From Ministeria vibrans ATCC 50519 (lineage: Eukaryota > Protista > Filasterea): a DNA stretch of 64,000 nt. The stretch lies in assembly GCA_943704425.1 (NCBI GenBank), contig CALSCP010000257.1:1-64000 (forward strand), written 5' to 3'. Below, piece after piece: positions 22,801 to 37,520 of this stretch. Positions within the stretch are counted from its first letter, which is position 1, and the number at the start of each line of letters is the position of its first letter. Below the pieces are notes generated by a model that was not told where the DNA came from, searched no databases, and worked only from the letters and a program-made list of their open reading frames with translations. The position numbers and the translations under genes were made by a program.

Positions 22801-25800
22801 AGCTGATTGCTCTCGCCGTTGCGTACGAATCGTTGCGCGATGGTCACTGCGATCGTGCCGTAACCGCCATTGAGAGTATCGGCTTAGATTGTGTCGAGCC
22901 GTTGCGTGAGCTTTTGTACAACACAGTAGACCCGTGCGTGCGTCGCCATGCAGCTGCCGAACTGCAGCGTCGTGGACAGCTCAGCGAAGACGAAAGCAAG
23001 TGTCTAGCTTGGGATGAGTGGTCGCACGCCAACAACAATGGTCGCTATGAAGTGTGTCGCGCCGCCGTGGGCCAGTCGCTCAACCCCGTCGAACCCATGC
23101 ACGACGACAGTGTTGTACGTAGCGGTTCCGTTACCGACGGGTTTCACACTGCCTCACTTGTCGATGTGCACAACCCAGATGCGTTGGTGAGGGCTGTCAT
23201 TGCCGACGACAACAACATCATCAGCAACAATTTGACCACTGCCAACAGCTGTGACGGCGACGACGACGATGTGGAGGACTCGCCCGGTGCTGCCTACTGG
23301 CAGGCGCCTCTCGCATGGCTTCTCGACTGGGACGCGACCACTCGCTCGTTGTGCCGTCTCGAGGCTCACGGGACACAGACGTCCGACGACAGTGATGGCA
23401 CCCACTGTGCGGTGGCACCAGAAGTTGCACTACAGTTTTATGTGCGCCGCGCCAACCTTGCCGCTACCAACAGCTGGTCGCACAACGCGTCTGCAGTCTC
23501 CTTTGAACACGCCGCGCCTTTCGTGCGCGACCACGTCGCTATTCACGCGTGTGAGCAGGGTACATCACTGCCAACTCGCATTGCTTTGGAGCCAGCCTCG
23601 CTGTTGCGCGTCGTTTGTCTTGCCGAGCGTCTTTTCTCGCCAACTCTTCGTCGTGAACAGTGGCATCCCGCCGTGCGTGCCGGCGGTGACGCAGCTGCCT
23701 TTGATGCGTTTATCGTTCGTCTGTGTCGTCGTCATGCTCTTCACGAAGTTCTCTACAGCTATCTCGACCGTCTGTCGCTTGCCACCACACCTGACGCTGC
23801 TCATTCACTGCTGTCGGTGCACGACAGCGACATGTACACGGACACAAGGAACGACAATGAATCCGAGTCGGACGCGTGGATCGAAGCGTTGTTCCATTTC
23901 CGTCTTATTGCCGACAAAGACCGTGTTGTGCGCGCGGACGCGTGTCTCCGCGCTTCACTGGCCTGTGGCAAAGCTCTGGGGATGACCACCGTTGTCGACA
24001 TGATTGAGCGGGGGCGTCCACTCATGGCACTTGCTACGCTCATGTTTGCGGGCAGTGCTCTGTCGGAACACGTCAGCACCGAACAACTGCGCCTCCTTGC
24101 TGCACCCTATCCCGAACTCGAGTTGGCACTCTTTGAAGACGAGCTCGCTGGCGACACTCTGGACGCCGCCACCAATACTTTTAATGTTTACTCGATGCTC
24201 AAGCCTGAAGGAGGCATCTCGCCGGACACGGTGCTCGCTTGGCGTAGCAGCGATGGTGCCGAAATGCCTCACTTCAGTGACCCATCCATGTTGGAAATGG
24301 CCGACACCGCACGCGCTGGTAGCGGGGGTGCCGAGGGTGGTGTTCCCATTAGCGAAAAGATTCTTTACTTTCTCGGCAAGGGACGTCCACTTGAGGCATT
24401 GCGCTGTGCGGGCACGCACGCCCATGATTACATTGACAACGTCGAGAGGTTTGCCTATGCGTCGTTGGCGACGACCCGCGCCTCGTCGGCCTGCGTCGTC
24501 TATTTGCTACATGTGTCGTGTCCCGTGAAACGTCTTGATCGACTACGCGTTCGCCTTGCCGTTGGCATCCGCGTGTTGCGTGGTCCCAGCAACGACGGGA
24601 GTGTTTCTCTGTCTCCAGCGGATACGGCCACTCTCGTGGCCGCACTCTCTCTCGCGGAGCCGGCCGAACATGATGATAGGGCGACTCTTTTGGATGTGCG
24701 CGACCGCGCGAGTGCAGCTACAGCACAACTGGCGAAACGGCGTCGTGTGAGCCCAGGATCGCCCGAAGAGCGTGCTCTCTATGCGGTTGTTCAAGCGTTC
24801 TGTCGCGACGCGCGCCTTTCGCTGGATACAACCTACATTGAACATTGTGCGGCGCGCAATGATTGGCTGGCCTTCCTTGCAGCAGTGCACGTAGATTGCA
24901 TCGACCACGAGGACGCAGCCCGTATCGTCAGCGAACACACGACGGACGTGCCTCTTCGCGAACACCTTGCAACCTTCTTGCGTCGTCATCTGCCGTCGGA
25001 TAACTCGTTGCCTTCCGCCATGGCCAACGACGGTGGCGATGATCCCAACGTAAACGACGATAGTGGCATGTCCAACGATTTGTTTGAAGTGGTCGCGCAA
25101 CATGGGCACAGTGTGGAGACATTGTTGCAAGTGGCACGCGACACCAATCGACCCTTTCTTGCGGTTCTCGCGGCGGCTAGCCAGGAGACAAGCCGCACCG
25201 AAACGGAGGAGTCGCTGACATCCGAGGCATCGTTGCGTTTTGCCGACGCTGCCTACACCTGGCTGCGTTGCTCGTGTGCCGACGTGCTTCAGCGCAAGGC
25301 GTCGGCGTCCCTTACGACGACACGCGTACCCGTGGTGGTGGTTGACGCGAGTGGTGGCCCTGCTGATGGCGTTAATGACGAGGAAGACGCGGCAGAGCTT
25401 ATGACATTGGCATTTGTCGAGGCTGGCGACACGGCCTCTGACCGATTTGGACGCTTGTGTGTGCTACTTGCAGGCGACGGTATGTGGCGATCGCTCTCGG
25501 ATTGTCTCATCATCTTTGATCCTTGCTCGCCTCTACTGCGTTTTATGCAATTTGTGGAGGCGCTCGAGCAGCGTCGCGAGGAGGTTGCTAAAGACCATTT
25601 GGCGGCGTACCTGGCGCAAAGCCAAGGAGACGCGTTGTACGCATACCGCATCGGTTCGCACGTGTGGGTGCGCCAAGTGGCCGAGCAGTGTTGCACAGCG
25701 CTTCTTCGACGATGCACCACGTCGTACGAGCGCACCCAGCTGCTTCGGATGCTCGGTGATGACTTCAGTCCGGCCATGGCCAAGTTGCGCGGCGTGCAGA

Positions 25801-27884
25801 CGGTACTCGAGGAGGCAGGTGTCGCCGTGGTGCCCCACGCGAACCCATCGTCGGTGCGTCGTCGGCTCATTGACGCATGTGCCTTTGATGCAGCACGACA
25901 GTACGCGCGTGCGTACGGACTCGCCACCGAGGAGATCACCCTGTTGGAGATGGAGCATCAGCTACGTCGTTTGCGCACCAGCTCAATGTATGGACGAGCT
26001 CACGCTCGAGAAGAGTTTTTTATGCGATGCCATGAGACCTTCCTCCAACACGCTTGCGACCTTGACAGTTGCGGTGCATTCTTTGAGCGTCTCTCCGACT
26101 CGGATGTGGAATTGCCGTCGCGCGAACGTGCCATGTTGTTGGGACTTGCCCTCATCTGGTTTGACGGAACGGCGCGTGGTCAGGATGCCGACAAGGGCCG
26201 TGTGACCAAGAGTGCCGAGTACCTACAGCAGCTGGAGAATCGAATTTGGCTCATGACCATTGCGAGTGAGGCGGAGGTTCAGTCGCGTCTTCTGAGTGGC
26301 ACTGTAGCATCCAGCACTGCTGCTGCTGGTGGTGGCTCGCCTGGGCGAGCGCGTTCCGGCTTGGCGGCGCTTCTTTTGGATGCGGCAGTGTCGCCGGGAC
26401 GCATTGGCACACAACGTACCTTCTCCTTTCGCAGCGACGATGATGTCAGTGATGGAACTGGTCGTTCTGGTGGCGGAGTAGGTGTAGGCTCGTCGTCGTT
26501 GCCGTCGTCGTCGCGTCGGCGACCCATTGACTTTGTGCTGGCCGTGCTGAACCGTCGTGACTTTGCGCACGATCTCATTGGAGACGCAGGCGCTGACGAG
26601 AACGACGCCTTGACGGCGCTGCAGTCGCTCAATGACAGTAGGAGTGACTCAGGCGATGGGGGTGAGAAAGAGGCCGAACAGCCGTCGTTGTTGACGTCCC
26701 TCCACGAGTTGCGTGCGTTTGAGTTGATCATTGGACGGCTGTTAGATGCCGGTTCGTCGGCCCAAGCACGGCACTTGTGTCATCACTTTCGACAGCCATC
26801 GCGCGATCTGGGAGCATTTGATGTGGCCGTGGCCGTTGCAAAGGGTCTAGTGTCGACGACCGAAGTACCCGCCTACCTGGCGAGTGTAAAGGCCATTGCG
26901 TCGGCGACGGCGGGCAGGACAAGCTCGGGAGCGGATTTGACGGTGGTGGATACAGGGTCCATGGAGGCAGTGCAAGTGCTGGAACATTTGCGGACATGTG
27001 TGGCGATTCACGCCAAACGGTGTTTGGATCGCGTGAGTGTGTGCTATGCGGTGGCACAGACGCTCAACTCAACCTACGACATGGTAGTGTCGCGCGATCC
27101 ACTCGACACGCTCAAGCAGCTGTTGATGTGTGGTCATGCGAGTGTGTACACCCTCACCCAGCGGTTTCTGGCCGACATGGGTACCGAGTCCAAAGTGGTT
27201 GCCGAGCGTCTGTGTGACATTCTGCTGCGCGTGCTTGTCGACGAACATGCCTCCATTGTCGATGAGGGACAGCTTTTGTCGGGCCCCGGGTTCTCTCTTG
27301 ACCCCGGTCTGAGCAACTCGGAGTTTACGCAGTGCGCCAACCTATGTAGCGACCCAGGAGACCTTGGGCGTGCACTGGTGCACTGTGTGCAAATGAGCAA
27401 TGAACCACCGCCCGACCAAATGACGACGGTCGTTGCGCCCGAGGTGGAAGTGGAGCTCATTGTACGTGCCCACTTCTGCTATGTGCTCGTGGGCAACATG
27501 GAGGGTATCTCGCATGTGCTCGAGCTGGTGCGCTCGCGCGTCTCCGTTTACGTCGACGCGCGGATGTTCCGTCTGCTCGTGCGTCTACTCACAGGGATCA
27601 AAAAGTACCGTGAAATGCAGTACATATTTGATGTGCTCCTCAAGCACGATCAGTTTGAGCTGGTGCTCAGCAAGGTATATAATAAAACGAGAGGCAGGAA
27701 GAAAGGAAATGAAAGAATGAACTTCTTTTGTCTTAATTATTACAGGTGATGGACAAGGGAGGACAAATGGAGTTGAAGATGGCGCTCTATGACTATCTGA
27801 AGCGCCATCGACCAGACGACCAAGTACGAAGGGGCATTTTGTATATTCTGTCTATGAATCGTTTTCTTAAACTGCATCTGTGTG

Positions 27885-27915
<31 letters not shown>

Positions 27916-28672
27916 TTTTTTTTTCTTGCAGGAGCGCCTTCAAATGGTCTTCCTGCATTTTAACATGTACCGTGAGATTGGGGACACTCTGAATGCACAG
28001 GCGGAGGCGCACTTGCAGGCGCTCCCCGTCGGCATGGCAAGTACTCCCGCTCTCCTCGACATCATGCAGCTCTTTCTCGAGGCTGCCGAGAGCTATGCCA
28101 AGGAGGAGTGCATGATGGTACCTTTTCACACTAATTTGTTGTTGCAGAGGATCTCTCTGACTTTGTTTTTTGTATTTTTTTTTTTGTTTGGCTTTCTCTC
28201 GTTGTAGCGGAATGAGCGGTGCTTATCAATGGCGCGTCTGATTGCGCTTCAAATCCGACTGCCGCGCCACCTTCTGTTGAATTTGTCTCATGACGAGATT
28301 CTCACGACAATGGGTCAGCTTCCGCGCTTTTATGAGACACATGTGGTGGCGTCGGCGTACGGCGTTGGCTCGCATCCCGTCGAGTGGGCGTCGGCCGTCT
28401 TTGCGCACGCTGTGCTCAAGGCCAACTTTGCCTTTATCGAGGACTTCCGTAAGGTCATGTCGCTGAACGAGTCGCTCTGCAACGACCTGGCACGTCGCTT
28501 CCGTGCGCTGCCACAAGCCAAGCGTGCTCAGTGCGTGCCCAACATGAAGCGTCTTCTGCTCGACTACGTTGACGATGTCAACATTCGCTTTGCTATTGCG
28601 TCTGACCTGCGCTTTGACGATCTCTGCGAGGCACTTCTTTCCTCGACCAGTGGTATTTTGCTTCAGAAGTAA
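19808..28672 (+). CDS. SPG11: Spatacsin (SPG11); 5'-most exon(s) absent
   Basis: LC..N.W...L..HAL..GLRYRQLD; CA.RNDWL.FL; C-terminal VELIVRAHFCY...NMEGI..VL, RLLVRLLTGI..YREM.YIFD.L..HDQFEL..K, LK.AL.DYLKR, L.F.MYREIG, A.L.ALQI. Confidence 0.92.
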
Positions 28673-28829
28673 TAAAATAATAGTAGAAATAATAAGAATA
28701 ACAATCATAGTAATAAGAATAAGAATAAGAATAATAATTTGTCATTAATTTTATTATTCTGACTGCTTATATTTTCATCTCAAACAAATTCCATGACGAG
28801 TAAAATTACACTTTTTTCTTTTTTCTTTG

Positions 28830-29516
28830 ATGAACAGTATTAGAGTGATTGCGTTCTCTGTTGTGGCTCTCGCCTTTCCTATTGGCGCTCTTGTGGTGGC
28901 GGCGAATCCTTCCTTGCGTTTCGTTGTTGCCAATGCCCTCTCTCTTCTTTACGGATTTGGTCTTCCCATTGGAATCTATGCCAGCTTTTTGCCCCTCAGG
29001 TCTCTGCAGGGCTGGACACGTCTGCAGCGAATGGAGTCTGCGGTGTTGTCGTACCTTTCTCTCTCGTATGTGACGCACTTGACGTGGGAGTTGGGCTGGT
29101 TAGCGTGCCATCCATGGATCATTGCGAATCGCGATTCCCCGCTCGCCTTTGCCTGGTGGGCTTACATCGACGGCGGCGATTCGCGCTACGCGGCGCCCAC
29201 CACACTCTTGCTTGTGATGGAGACTCTCTCTGTGTGCAACGGACTTGTTGGCTCTTTCGCGCTTTGGCGGTTTTTGCGCTCGAAAAGACGCAGTCACTCT
29301 GCCATTCTCATGCTGAGTGCGACGGCCGTTGTCCACCTGTATTCTGCTCTCGTCTACTATGCCACCGAGATTGTCGACGATTTTCCCAGTGTCCAACACA
29401 CCTTCTTGAGCTTATACGTCAAGTTTTTCCTTGCCAACTCTCCCTGGGTCGTCACTCCTCCCCTCGTGCTGTGGTGGGCCTCTTTGCGTCTTGAGTCCAC
29501 CTCCAAAGTCGACTGA
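28830..29516 (+). CDS. Emopamil-binding/EXPERA domain membrane protein (sterol isomerase-like), intronless
   Basis: THLTWELGW, WWAYIDGGDSRY, VMETLSV, HLYSALVYY.TE, FFLANSPWVV.P; multiple TM segments. Confidence 0.8.
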   Translation: MNSIRVIAFSVVALAFPIGALVVAANPSLRFVVANALSLLYGFGLPIGIYASFLPLRSLQGWTRLQRMESAVLSYLSLSYVTHLTWELGWLACHPWIIANRDSPLAFAWWAYIDGGDSRYAAPTTLLLVMETLSVCNGLVGSFALWRFLRSKRRSHSAILMLSATAVVHLYSALVYYATEIVDDFPSVQHTFLSLYVKFFLANSPWVVTPPLVLWWASLRLESTSKVD

Positions 29517-29791
29517 ATCTAGGCCAACGATTTACGATACAGTCTAGTGCATTGTATGTTGTGGTTGAGTTTGCAAGGCGGTCTGGTTGTGTCTTCGCCT
29601 GGTGACTGTCTCATAAATAAATGTGTTGTAGTTCTATTTTCTGGTGCACAATAATATAAAGTAATAAATATTAGTAAATGCTTCCGCCGTAGACATAAAA
29701 TAATATTATGCTAAGTTTTCATCAATAACAATTATTAATTCATGATAGTGTACTGTTAGATTTGATAATAGATTGGAAATTGTCATCTCGT

Positions 29792-32743
29792 TCAAATGGC
29801 ATCATCGTCGTCTTCGTCATCGTCTATGTCATATCGGCCACGCGATACACTGGCGGTCGACGAGCGGGGCACGACGACGGTGGTTGTCTGCGCGGCTCCT
29901 GCGTTGGCAGCCAGTCTCCGACTCCCATTGTCACGCATATCGGCAAGGATCACCTCGTCGTCATCATCATCATCAAAGTCATCATCAAAGTCAAGCTCGT
30001 CCAGAGCAGCATAACGTTGACCTCGTGCCCGCGCACGGCCATTGAGGGGATTGCGCATGACAAAACCACGCATCGTGTCGGGAACAGCACTGGTGCCAGT
30101 ATACCAGCGGTAGCCATAGTACACGACAAGCGACACGACAAGCACACTTCCCGTCACCACGCCCACCACCATCAGAATCCACGACGGCAACTTGTGTGCC
30201 GTCCCTCCCGCCGTATTCAAGGCGGGGTCCTTGGCCGCATCGTCATTGCTCGAGTTGGACAATTCAAAATGAACCGGAACTATATAAGAATTAAAAAATT
30301 AATATGCTCGATTGCCAACAGCCAATAAATAGTTCATACCAATGACATCTTGAGATGTGCCATAGAGTTTCAGGGTCCAGTCGCGAATGGTGCCGGTGCG
30401 GCCGTTGGCGGCCTGGTCCAGCACGTGTAGCTTCCACTTCCCTTTAGGGTTCTCGCCCCAATGGGCCACGCTCATAAAGGTCCAGTCGACAAAGCCGGCA
30501 GCGGACGAGTCACTCGAGCGACGGGTCAGCAGCGTCGACGTCATGCCCGATGGCGACTCAAGCACCACTGAGAGATCACCGCGTCGCTCGTGCGCAATGT
30601 TGACCACCACTTGGACGTGCTCAAGTGCATCAACCACCGCCCCCGAGTCGCTGTGACAACCCGTCGAGTCGTGCTCGAGCACCACTTCGCCCGAGCCATC
30701 CGGTAATGGCTTATTCGCTGTCATGACAGGCGACACACATTGATGCCATGCCCCCACATTCTTCCAGCTCTGTGCCATGGCCACAATCAATTCGGCGTCA
30801 ATCACGCCATACCCAAAGGTGTGACTGAAAAAGAGCCCCGCGCCATTCTTCACCCACGAGTCGCTAGCGTGCACCCGACGCGCCGCCCGCACCACCAAAT
30901 GCTGCATGTCGCGCCACGTCAACGCCGCATTCGCCTCGAGAACCAGTGCAAAAACAGCCGATGCCAACGGAGCGCTGGCGGACGTGCCCGAGTGCGAATT
31001 GGTGCACGAGTGATGCAAATCGGTCGTTGATATACTCCGCGAATACGATCCTCCACTGCTCCACGTCACCGCCATCTATTATAATAAGTCATAGATTACG
31101 AATCATTGTACATGCGAGGGCGGCGTCTTGTGCCTCTGACCTGAGCGGAACACTGCTCGGCATACCAGGGCTTCTCCTCTGTGTCCGTCACCGACCCAAT
31201 CGAAATGGTGTACATGCTGTTTGTGTACCCTATGAGACAAACCATCATAAACCATTAGTGCTAAATTAATAATAATAATAATTATTATTATGATTATGAT
31301 TATGAGAATAACCAACAGTAATGATATAATAACGTAATTGGTATTGTAAAACTCACCATCGCAGTTGCAGTTGTCGCCGTAGCGACCACCGTTGCCCGAG
31401 GCAAACACAAATATATTTCCTTTTCCGGCACGTCCGCGCGTGATGCCGCGCTGAAAGGCGGCCGACGCAAGACGACCGGGCGCCTCGACGGTGCGCCCGT
31501 CGTCGTCCGGACCCCACGACGAGCTGTACACGTCAATGAGCTCTTGCTTGAATCCAATCGAGTTGGCCTCCAGCGTGTCAGTCACAGGTCCATCCAACAT
31601 GCGCACTCCTGAGCAGGAAGAAAAAAAAAATAAAAAAATAAAAAAAAAACGACACACAATGCACGGGAGGTTGTTGAGATACGTCTTTAATAATATCGAC
31701 CATTAAGATTTTCTTCCGTTCTCTAGGGTACCTCCGACTTTGGCACCGTAGGCGACACCCACCCCGCAGACGGTGTTGGGATCGGCTGCAATCTCACCGG
31801 CACAGCGCGTGCCGTGTTTGTTGATGTTCGTCGACTCGTAGCGTGGGTACGGATCCGGGTCGTTGCTATTGTAGTCGAAGCTAGCCTCGGCCATGTAGGA
31901 CTCCTGGAAGTCTTTATGGTCGTGCTACAATAATAATAATAGTAACAACAATAAGAATAATAGAATGGGTTAGTACGTCTTATATCATTCCTGACGTGTT
32001 TTCACCTCAATGCCGTCATCAAGAACACACACTACGACACCTTTGCCGGTAAAGCCCTTGTCCCACACGGACTCGACATTGAGGTCGCGGCCAACTTGCT
32101 TGGTGTTGTGAATGTGCCATTGGTTGGGGAAGAGCGGGTCGACGAAATGTGTGTAGGCGTTGTCGCGACGCTGGCGACTGAGCGCCCTCTGCTGCTCGGC
32201 CCATGCCACGCGCCCGTCAGCGCCAATGCGCTCACTGAGTTCCGCGTCGCGGCGGTGCTTCTGGTGCAGCCCCGTGGCAATGGTCTCTGCGCAAAGAACG
32301 GCAGTCAGAGAGCGATGTCATCCAAAACGAGCGAAAAACACCCATTTGCGCAACACCTACTCGCACACGGAGGGGGGAGGGGTTGGCACAAGAAGAGTGT
32401 CCACCCCTGCATCCAACACAGCGTGCACTGAATCCCCCCAGGCAAACAGCACATACAGTTCACACACACACAAAAAAAGAAAAAAAAAAAAAAAAAGACA
32501 GAAAGAAGAGAAAATGTTACCTGTGTGGTCGAGTGGAGCGAGCGAGAAGTGGCCGTGGAGCCCGGCAATGCCGCCGAGAACACTCATGCCGTGGTCGCGG
32601 GCGACCTGCTCGGCCACAGTGCGTGTTTGCGCGGCACTCAAACTGCCGGCACTGTCAAGCTCAATGGCCCACGTATTCATGTGCACGTTGGCCGACGCGA
32701 CAGCAACGATCGCCAATAGTCCAAGTCCTAGCCGCCACTTCAT
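29792..32743 (-). CDS. Kexin/furin-family proprotein convertase (type I membrane, PC7/furin-like)
   Basis: Signal peptide; prodomain ending RQRR; DPLFPNQWH; VLDDG (Asp); HGTRCAGE (His); SWGPDDDG; ASGNGG; GTSASAP (Ser); P domain with RRGDL; TM helix; acidic cytosolic tail. Confidence 0.95.
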
Positions 32744-32998
32744 CTTGGGATGAATGACGAAAATTTGTGTGGTCCACTCACTCTAAAGTTCAAACTTTAA
32801 AGTAGAAACTGGAGATAACTGATCTTTTTGATTTTGCCGTCTTGCCATGCCGACGGGTAAGTCTGATCGGTGTGGGTTCACCGTTGGAATGAGCAGTGAA
32901 AAAAACTTGCCACAATGTCTGCCACTCTGACAGCCTGCTTTCGACATAATGATCAAAAGTTCTTATTCAAACTCCAATAATCCATTCCATTTGTTGTC

Positions 32999-35900
32999 AT
33001 GTCGAAAAAAGCTGCAATAAAAGCTGCTCGCGATGCATTGCGTGCCAAGGAATACGACCGTGCACTCGAATTGTCCTTGGGCATCGCTGAAGACGAGCCT
33101 CGAAAGTACGCAAGAACGTTTTGTGTGTCGCATCGCATTTGACGGCTCTTCCTCCTCCTCCTCCACAGCTACAATGCGCTCGTCTTTGGCGGTGCTGCGG
33201 CAGAAGGTCTTCAACACTATGTACAGTCGCAAGAGGTACCTACCCGTGACGGCTACACGTCACAATGTGTGTTGTCGTTTGATCCACACTTTTCCTTTCG
33301 ACTCACCGATAGCTTTACGAGCGCGCTCTGGACGTCGACAGCGATTCGCCTCTCGCCTGGCAAGGCCTTGTCAAGCTTTTTGATACGATGAAGCCGCCCC
33401 CGTCGGCAGTGGATCGTGTCCGTGTCTATCGCGGCGCGCTCGAACGACTCAGCGACGATACGAAGCAACGCGAGCTGAGTCTCCTCTTGACGCAGGCGCT
33501 CGACGACAGTTGTGGCGGAACCAGCTCCAGCGCTAATGTTGACGTAGTGGTTGACACTGTGGCACGTTGGCACACCATTGCGTGCGACGACCATGGCAGC
33601 AACGCGGCGGATGTACGACGGCGTGCTCGGGAGAGCCTGGCGCACCTCATGATGCGTCGTGCCGACTGTGTTGACCACAGTTGCGTTGCATATCTTGTGA
33701 GCGCCGTCGAGATTCTTGCCAGCGAGGCGAACACCGAGAAAGACAATGCGGATTCCACCTGCTGGGATACGCTCTTGCTAGACGCATTGTGGGCACGTGT
33801 TCGTACAGTCGGTACCTTGTCGCTCATTGCCACGGCAGCGCGCCGTTGTGTGGCGCAACATCCGCAGCTACTTGCCGCTCACGAGGCAATGTGCAATGTG
33901 TACGCATTTGACTGCGAGCTCGTGAGCGAACACGAGTTTTTGCACCATGCCAACCAATTGGCATCGCTGTCAAGCACCAGCTCCGACAATGCTCCATCCG
34001 TCGTTCTTTTTATGCGTGCAGCCAGCTCAGGCGACAATGATGCACTCGCAACACTTGCCAATACGCCGGGCGCCTATCCTCTGGTGCACCTTGCTCTCAC
34101 TGATGCTCTCATGGAACGCGGCGACCATGCTCAGGCTCGCCTCGCCGCCAGCGTCAATCCTTTTCCTCAGCTCGCGTCATTGTCTTCCTCAGCACCACCC
34201 ACTCCCGACAGCAGCAGCAGCAACAACAACAACACGGATGAGGCGGGCACCTCGACGACGACTGGTTTTGACATATCTGTGCGACAGCTCGATCCCAAGA
34301 GTCTTTGGCTCAGCGATTCGCTGCGCGTCTGTCGTGCCGAAATTGCCGCGCATCTGGGTCAACACGCGCGCGCATTGACAGCTCTTGAAGAAACGATTGA
34401 AGCATCACCCCACCGAACGGCTGTCGTGCGCGCACATCTTTCGCGTGCACAGCTTGTCGCCGCTCACAGTAGCGGCACCGACAGCTCACCCTTGCATGCT
34501 TCGTTGCGGTCTCTTGTGGCGCTCTCCTTGGCCACACTCGATGCACGCGTGCTCGAATCACTCACGGCCGCTGTCGATTTGTCCACACAAAAGGGCTCCT
34601 CTGTGCCACAGCACACGCGTCTACTGGCGATGGCTCGCCTTGCTTGGCTGCGTCGCGACATTGAGACGCTTACAGAGACGGCCGCCGCCAACAGCAACAG
34701 CAAGTGTGCCTTTCCGTCGTACGAGATTCTTTTACGTCTCGGCGTTGCGCTGCTCGCTCGAAGCGGTGCCTCGATGGTCACTGTTGAGTGTCGCGATGCG
34801 CTCCTCAAGGCTGCAAAGCTTCGCCCGAGCGTCGCACTGTGTTTTGAGGCACTCGGCGACTTCTACGAGGCGACTGCTGATCCGGCACGCGCTATCAAGT
34901 GTCGTCGTCGTGTGCTACTTTTGGATCCGGCGCATCCTGCAGGACCCGCCCTCATCCGTACTATGTCCGATAGTGATCCGGAGAAGTGCGCGTTGCTGCA
35001 GCAGATTACCACGGCTGCAGGAAGTGGCAAGGCGCGCTGGGCCTGGCTTGCGCTTGCGACTTTGCAGCGCAGTGCAGGCGACACATCGGCAGCGGTACTC
35101 TCGTACCAGGCAGCGTTGAGAGGAAACACACGCGATCCTCAAACTTGGCGATTGCTTGCCTCGTGCTACTTGGCCGAAGGCAAGCAAATTGCTGCACTCA
35201 AGGCGTACCGTCATACGCTCACCATGGACCCAGCTCACGTCGAGACCCACTATGCGATTGCGACGACACTCGCCGCCATGGGCAGTTTCACAGACGCGAT
35301 TGGCGCGTATCGCGCTGTGCTTCACACTCCCGATGGCGCATCACATGTACCAGCCCATTTTGGCATTGCAAACGCTCTCCATGCCAGTGCACGCGAGCAC
35401 TTGTTGCAAGGTAGCGTTGCGCGCGCCTCCGATATGCTTCGTGACGCACTTAAGCATGCCTTTGTCGTGGTCACCGCTGCCGCCGTGGCCGCTGAGGGTC
35501 GAGGGTCGGTGTGCGCCTGGAAACTCGTTGGTGACTTGTGTACACAGTTTCATCACCTGCCCGAACACCTCTGCCATGTTGTCGACGAGGGTGGCGTCAA
35601 CGTGTCCTCACGTTCGCATGTGCTTGCGTTGGGTGCGCGTGCCTACGAACGTGCCATCAGTAAGTCCACCGATCCAGTTACGGGAGCGCTCTGGCACGAT
35701 CTGGCACTTGCACGGTACTACACGGGTGACCGCGAGTCGATTGTAAAGGCACTTGAGGCTGTGCGGGTTGCGATACACATGGTACCGCGTCAAGTGGAGT
35801 TTTTTTGCACGGCCGGAGTGATTGCCAGCCATCCTCTGTCACGCAACGCCCGCTTTGCTCAACACTGCTTTCTGCGAGCGATTCAACTTGATCTGGCCAA

Positions 35901-37488
35901 TGCCGCCGCGTGGACCGGCCTGGGCACGCTTTACCTGAGCAACGGCTATATCCAATTGGCGCACCTTGCTTACCAGCGAGCCCAGGCTGCCGACCCGTCA
36001 CACGCCAGCGCTTGGGCCGGCCAGGCTCTTGTAGCCGAATCTCTTGTGCCCGATCAGGCACTGGGCCTGCATCGTCACGCGGCGGAGCTTGATGCGCACC
36101 CGGAGGCAGACTTTCGCTTTGCGCTGCATCATTTGCGTGCGTGTGGCACCACTACTGCCCCCAGCGTGACCGTGTCCGATTCGCAACTGGCAAATGCGCG
36201 TGCACTTGAAGCGGCCGAACGATGTTGTCAGCGTAACCCACGCGACGCTGATGCACACAATGTCTACGCATTGCTGTTGGAACGTGCCGGACTGCGTCGT
36301 CTCGCGTGTGAGCACGCCGCTCGTACTGTTGCTCTGCTTGCCGCTGCCTCCGCAACGACAACCACAGCCAAACTAACTGCGGCGCGCGCCAACCATGCGC
36401 GATTGCTTGCCTCGGTGCAACACCACGCGGAGTCGCTGTCACTCTTTGAGGCGTGCGCATCGGAGCTGTCGGTTGATGCTGAAGCAGTGGCCAACTATGC
36501 GCGAACACTAGCCGCTGCGGGTCGACCCAAGGAGGCTTACGAGCGATATGCAGCTCTCTTGGCTGCAGTCGAGTCTACATCGAGTAGCTCCACTCTGCGT
36601 CGCATCGCCGACCTCAAAGTGGCACTTGCGGTGTGTGCAGCACGCTGCGACAATCACACGGTGGCACGCCAGCTGCTTCTGGAGGCAGCTCAGGTGTGCG
36701 CAGGGCACCAACAGGCATTGTTGACGCTCTGTGCACTCTCACTGATTCACAGCGATGGGCAAACGGCCGTGAGTGCGCTCGGTGAGCTGTTGCGTGCGAA
36801 CACTCGCGAACGCTCCTTCGAAGGCGACACGGACGTTGCCGTGATTTTTGGTGCGCTGTTCACATTGCAAAAGCACACAGGCAAGGCACGGAATCATTTG
36901 TTGCGCCTGGTGCACGCCTATCCACACATGGCACGCAGCTGGCAGTTGGTGGCGGGCTTTTTGGTAACACGTGGTACAACTGGCACGGCCACCAGTTTGT
37001 TGTGTGCGCGCACGGCACAGGCTGTGCGACGAGCGCGCGTGAGAGTCTTTGACGATATTGCCGGCGCGACAGGCGGTGTCTGTCCCCAGCCTGACTCACT
37101 ATTGGCACTCACTCTCCAGTGCAGCACGGCGCGCGTTGTGTCGCCGGTGGCACAGCGACGACAGGCGGCTCGCAGTGTCTTTATGCATCCCACAGACCCA
37201 CTTGCCTGGCAGTGTCTTGCGGCAGCCGTGCGTCAAGACACCAAACTGTTGTCGGCGCCCGAGTCATGTGCACGCGTGTGTGCCACCACCATGCTATTGT
37301 TGAACAAGCGAGACACTGCGGTGGCCTGGAGCGAGCGTTTGAAAGCAGAGTGTCACGTTGCTGCTATTGAAGTTGATCCCAAGCGACCAGTGTCCGCTGA
37401 GAAGGCGAGTGAAGCTGACGCGGCCATTCAACGCGTATTGGCACACGCCGACCAACAACAACAACAACAACTACAACAACAAAAACAG

Positions 37489-37520
<32 letters not shown>

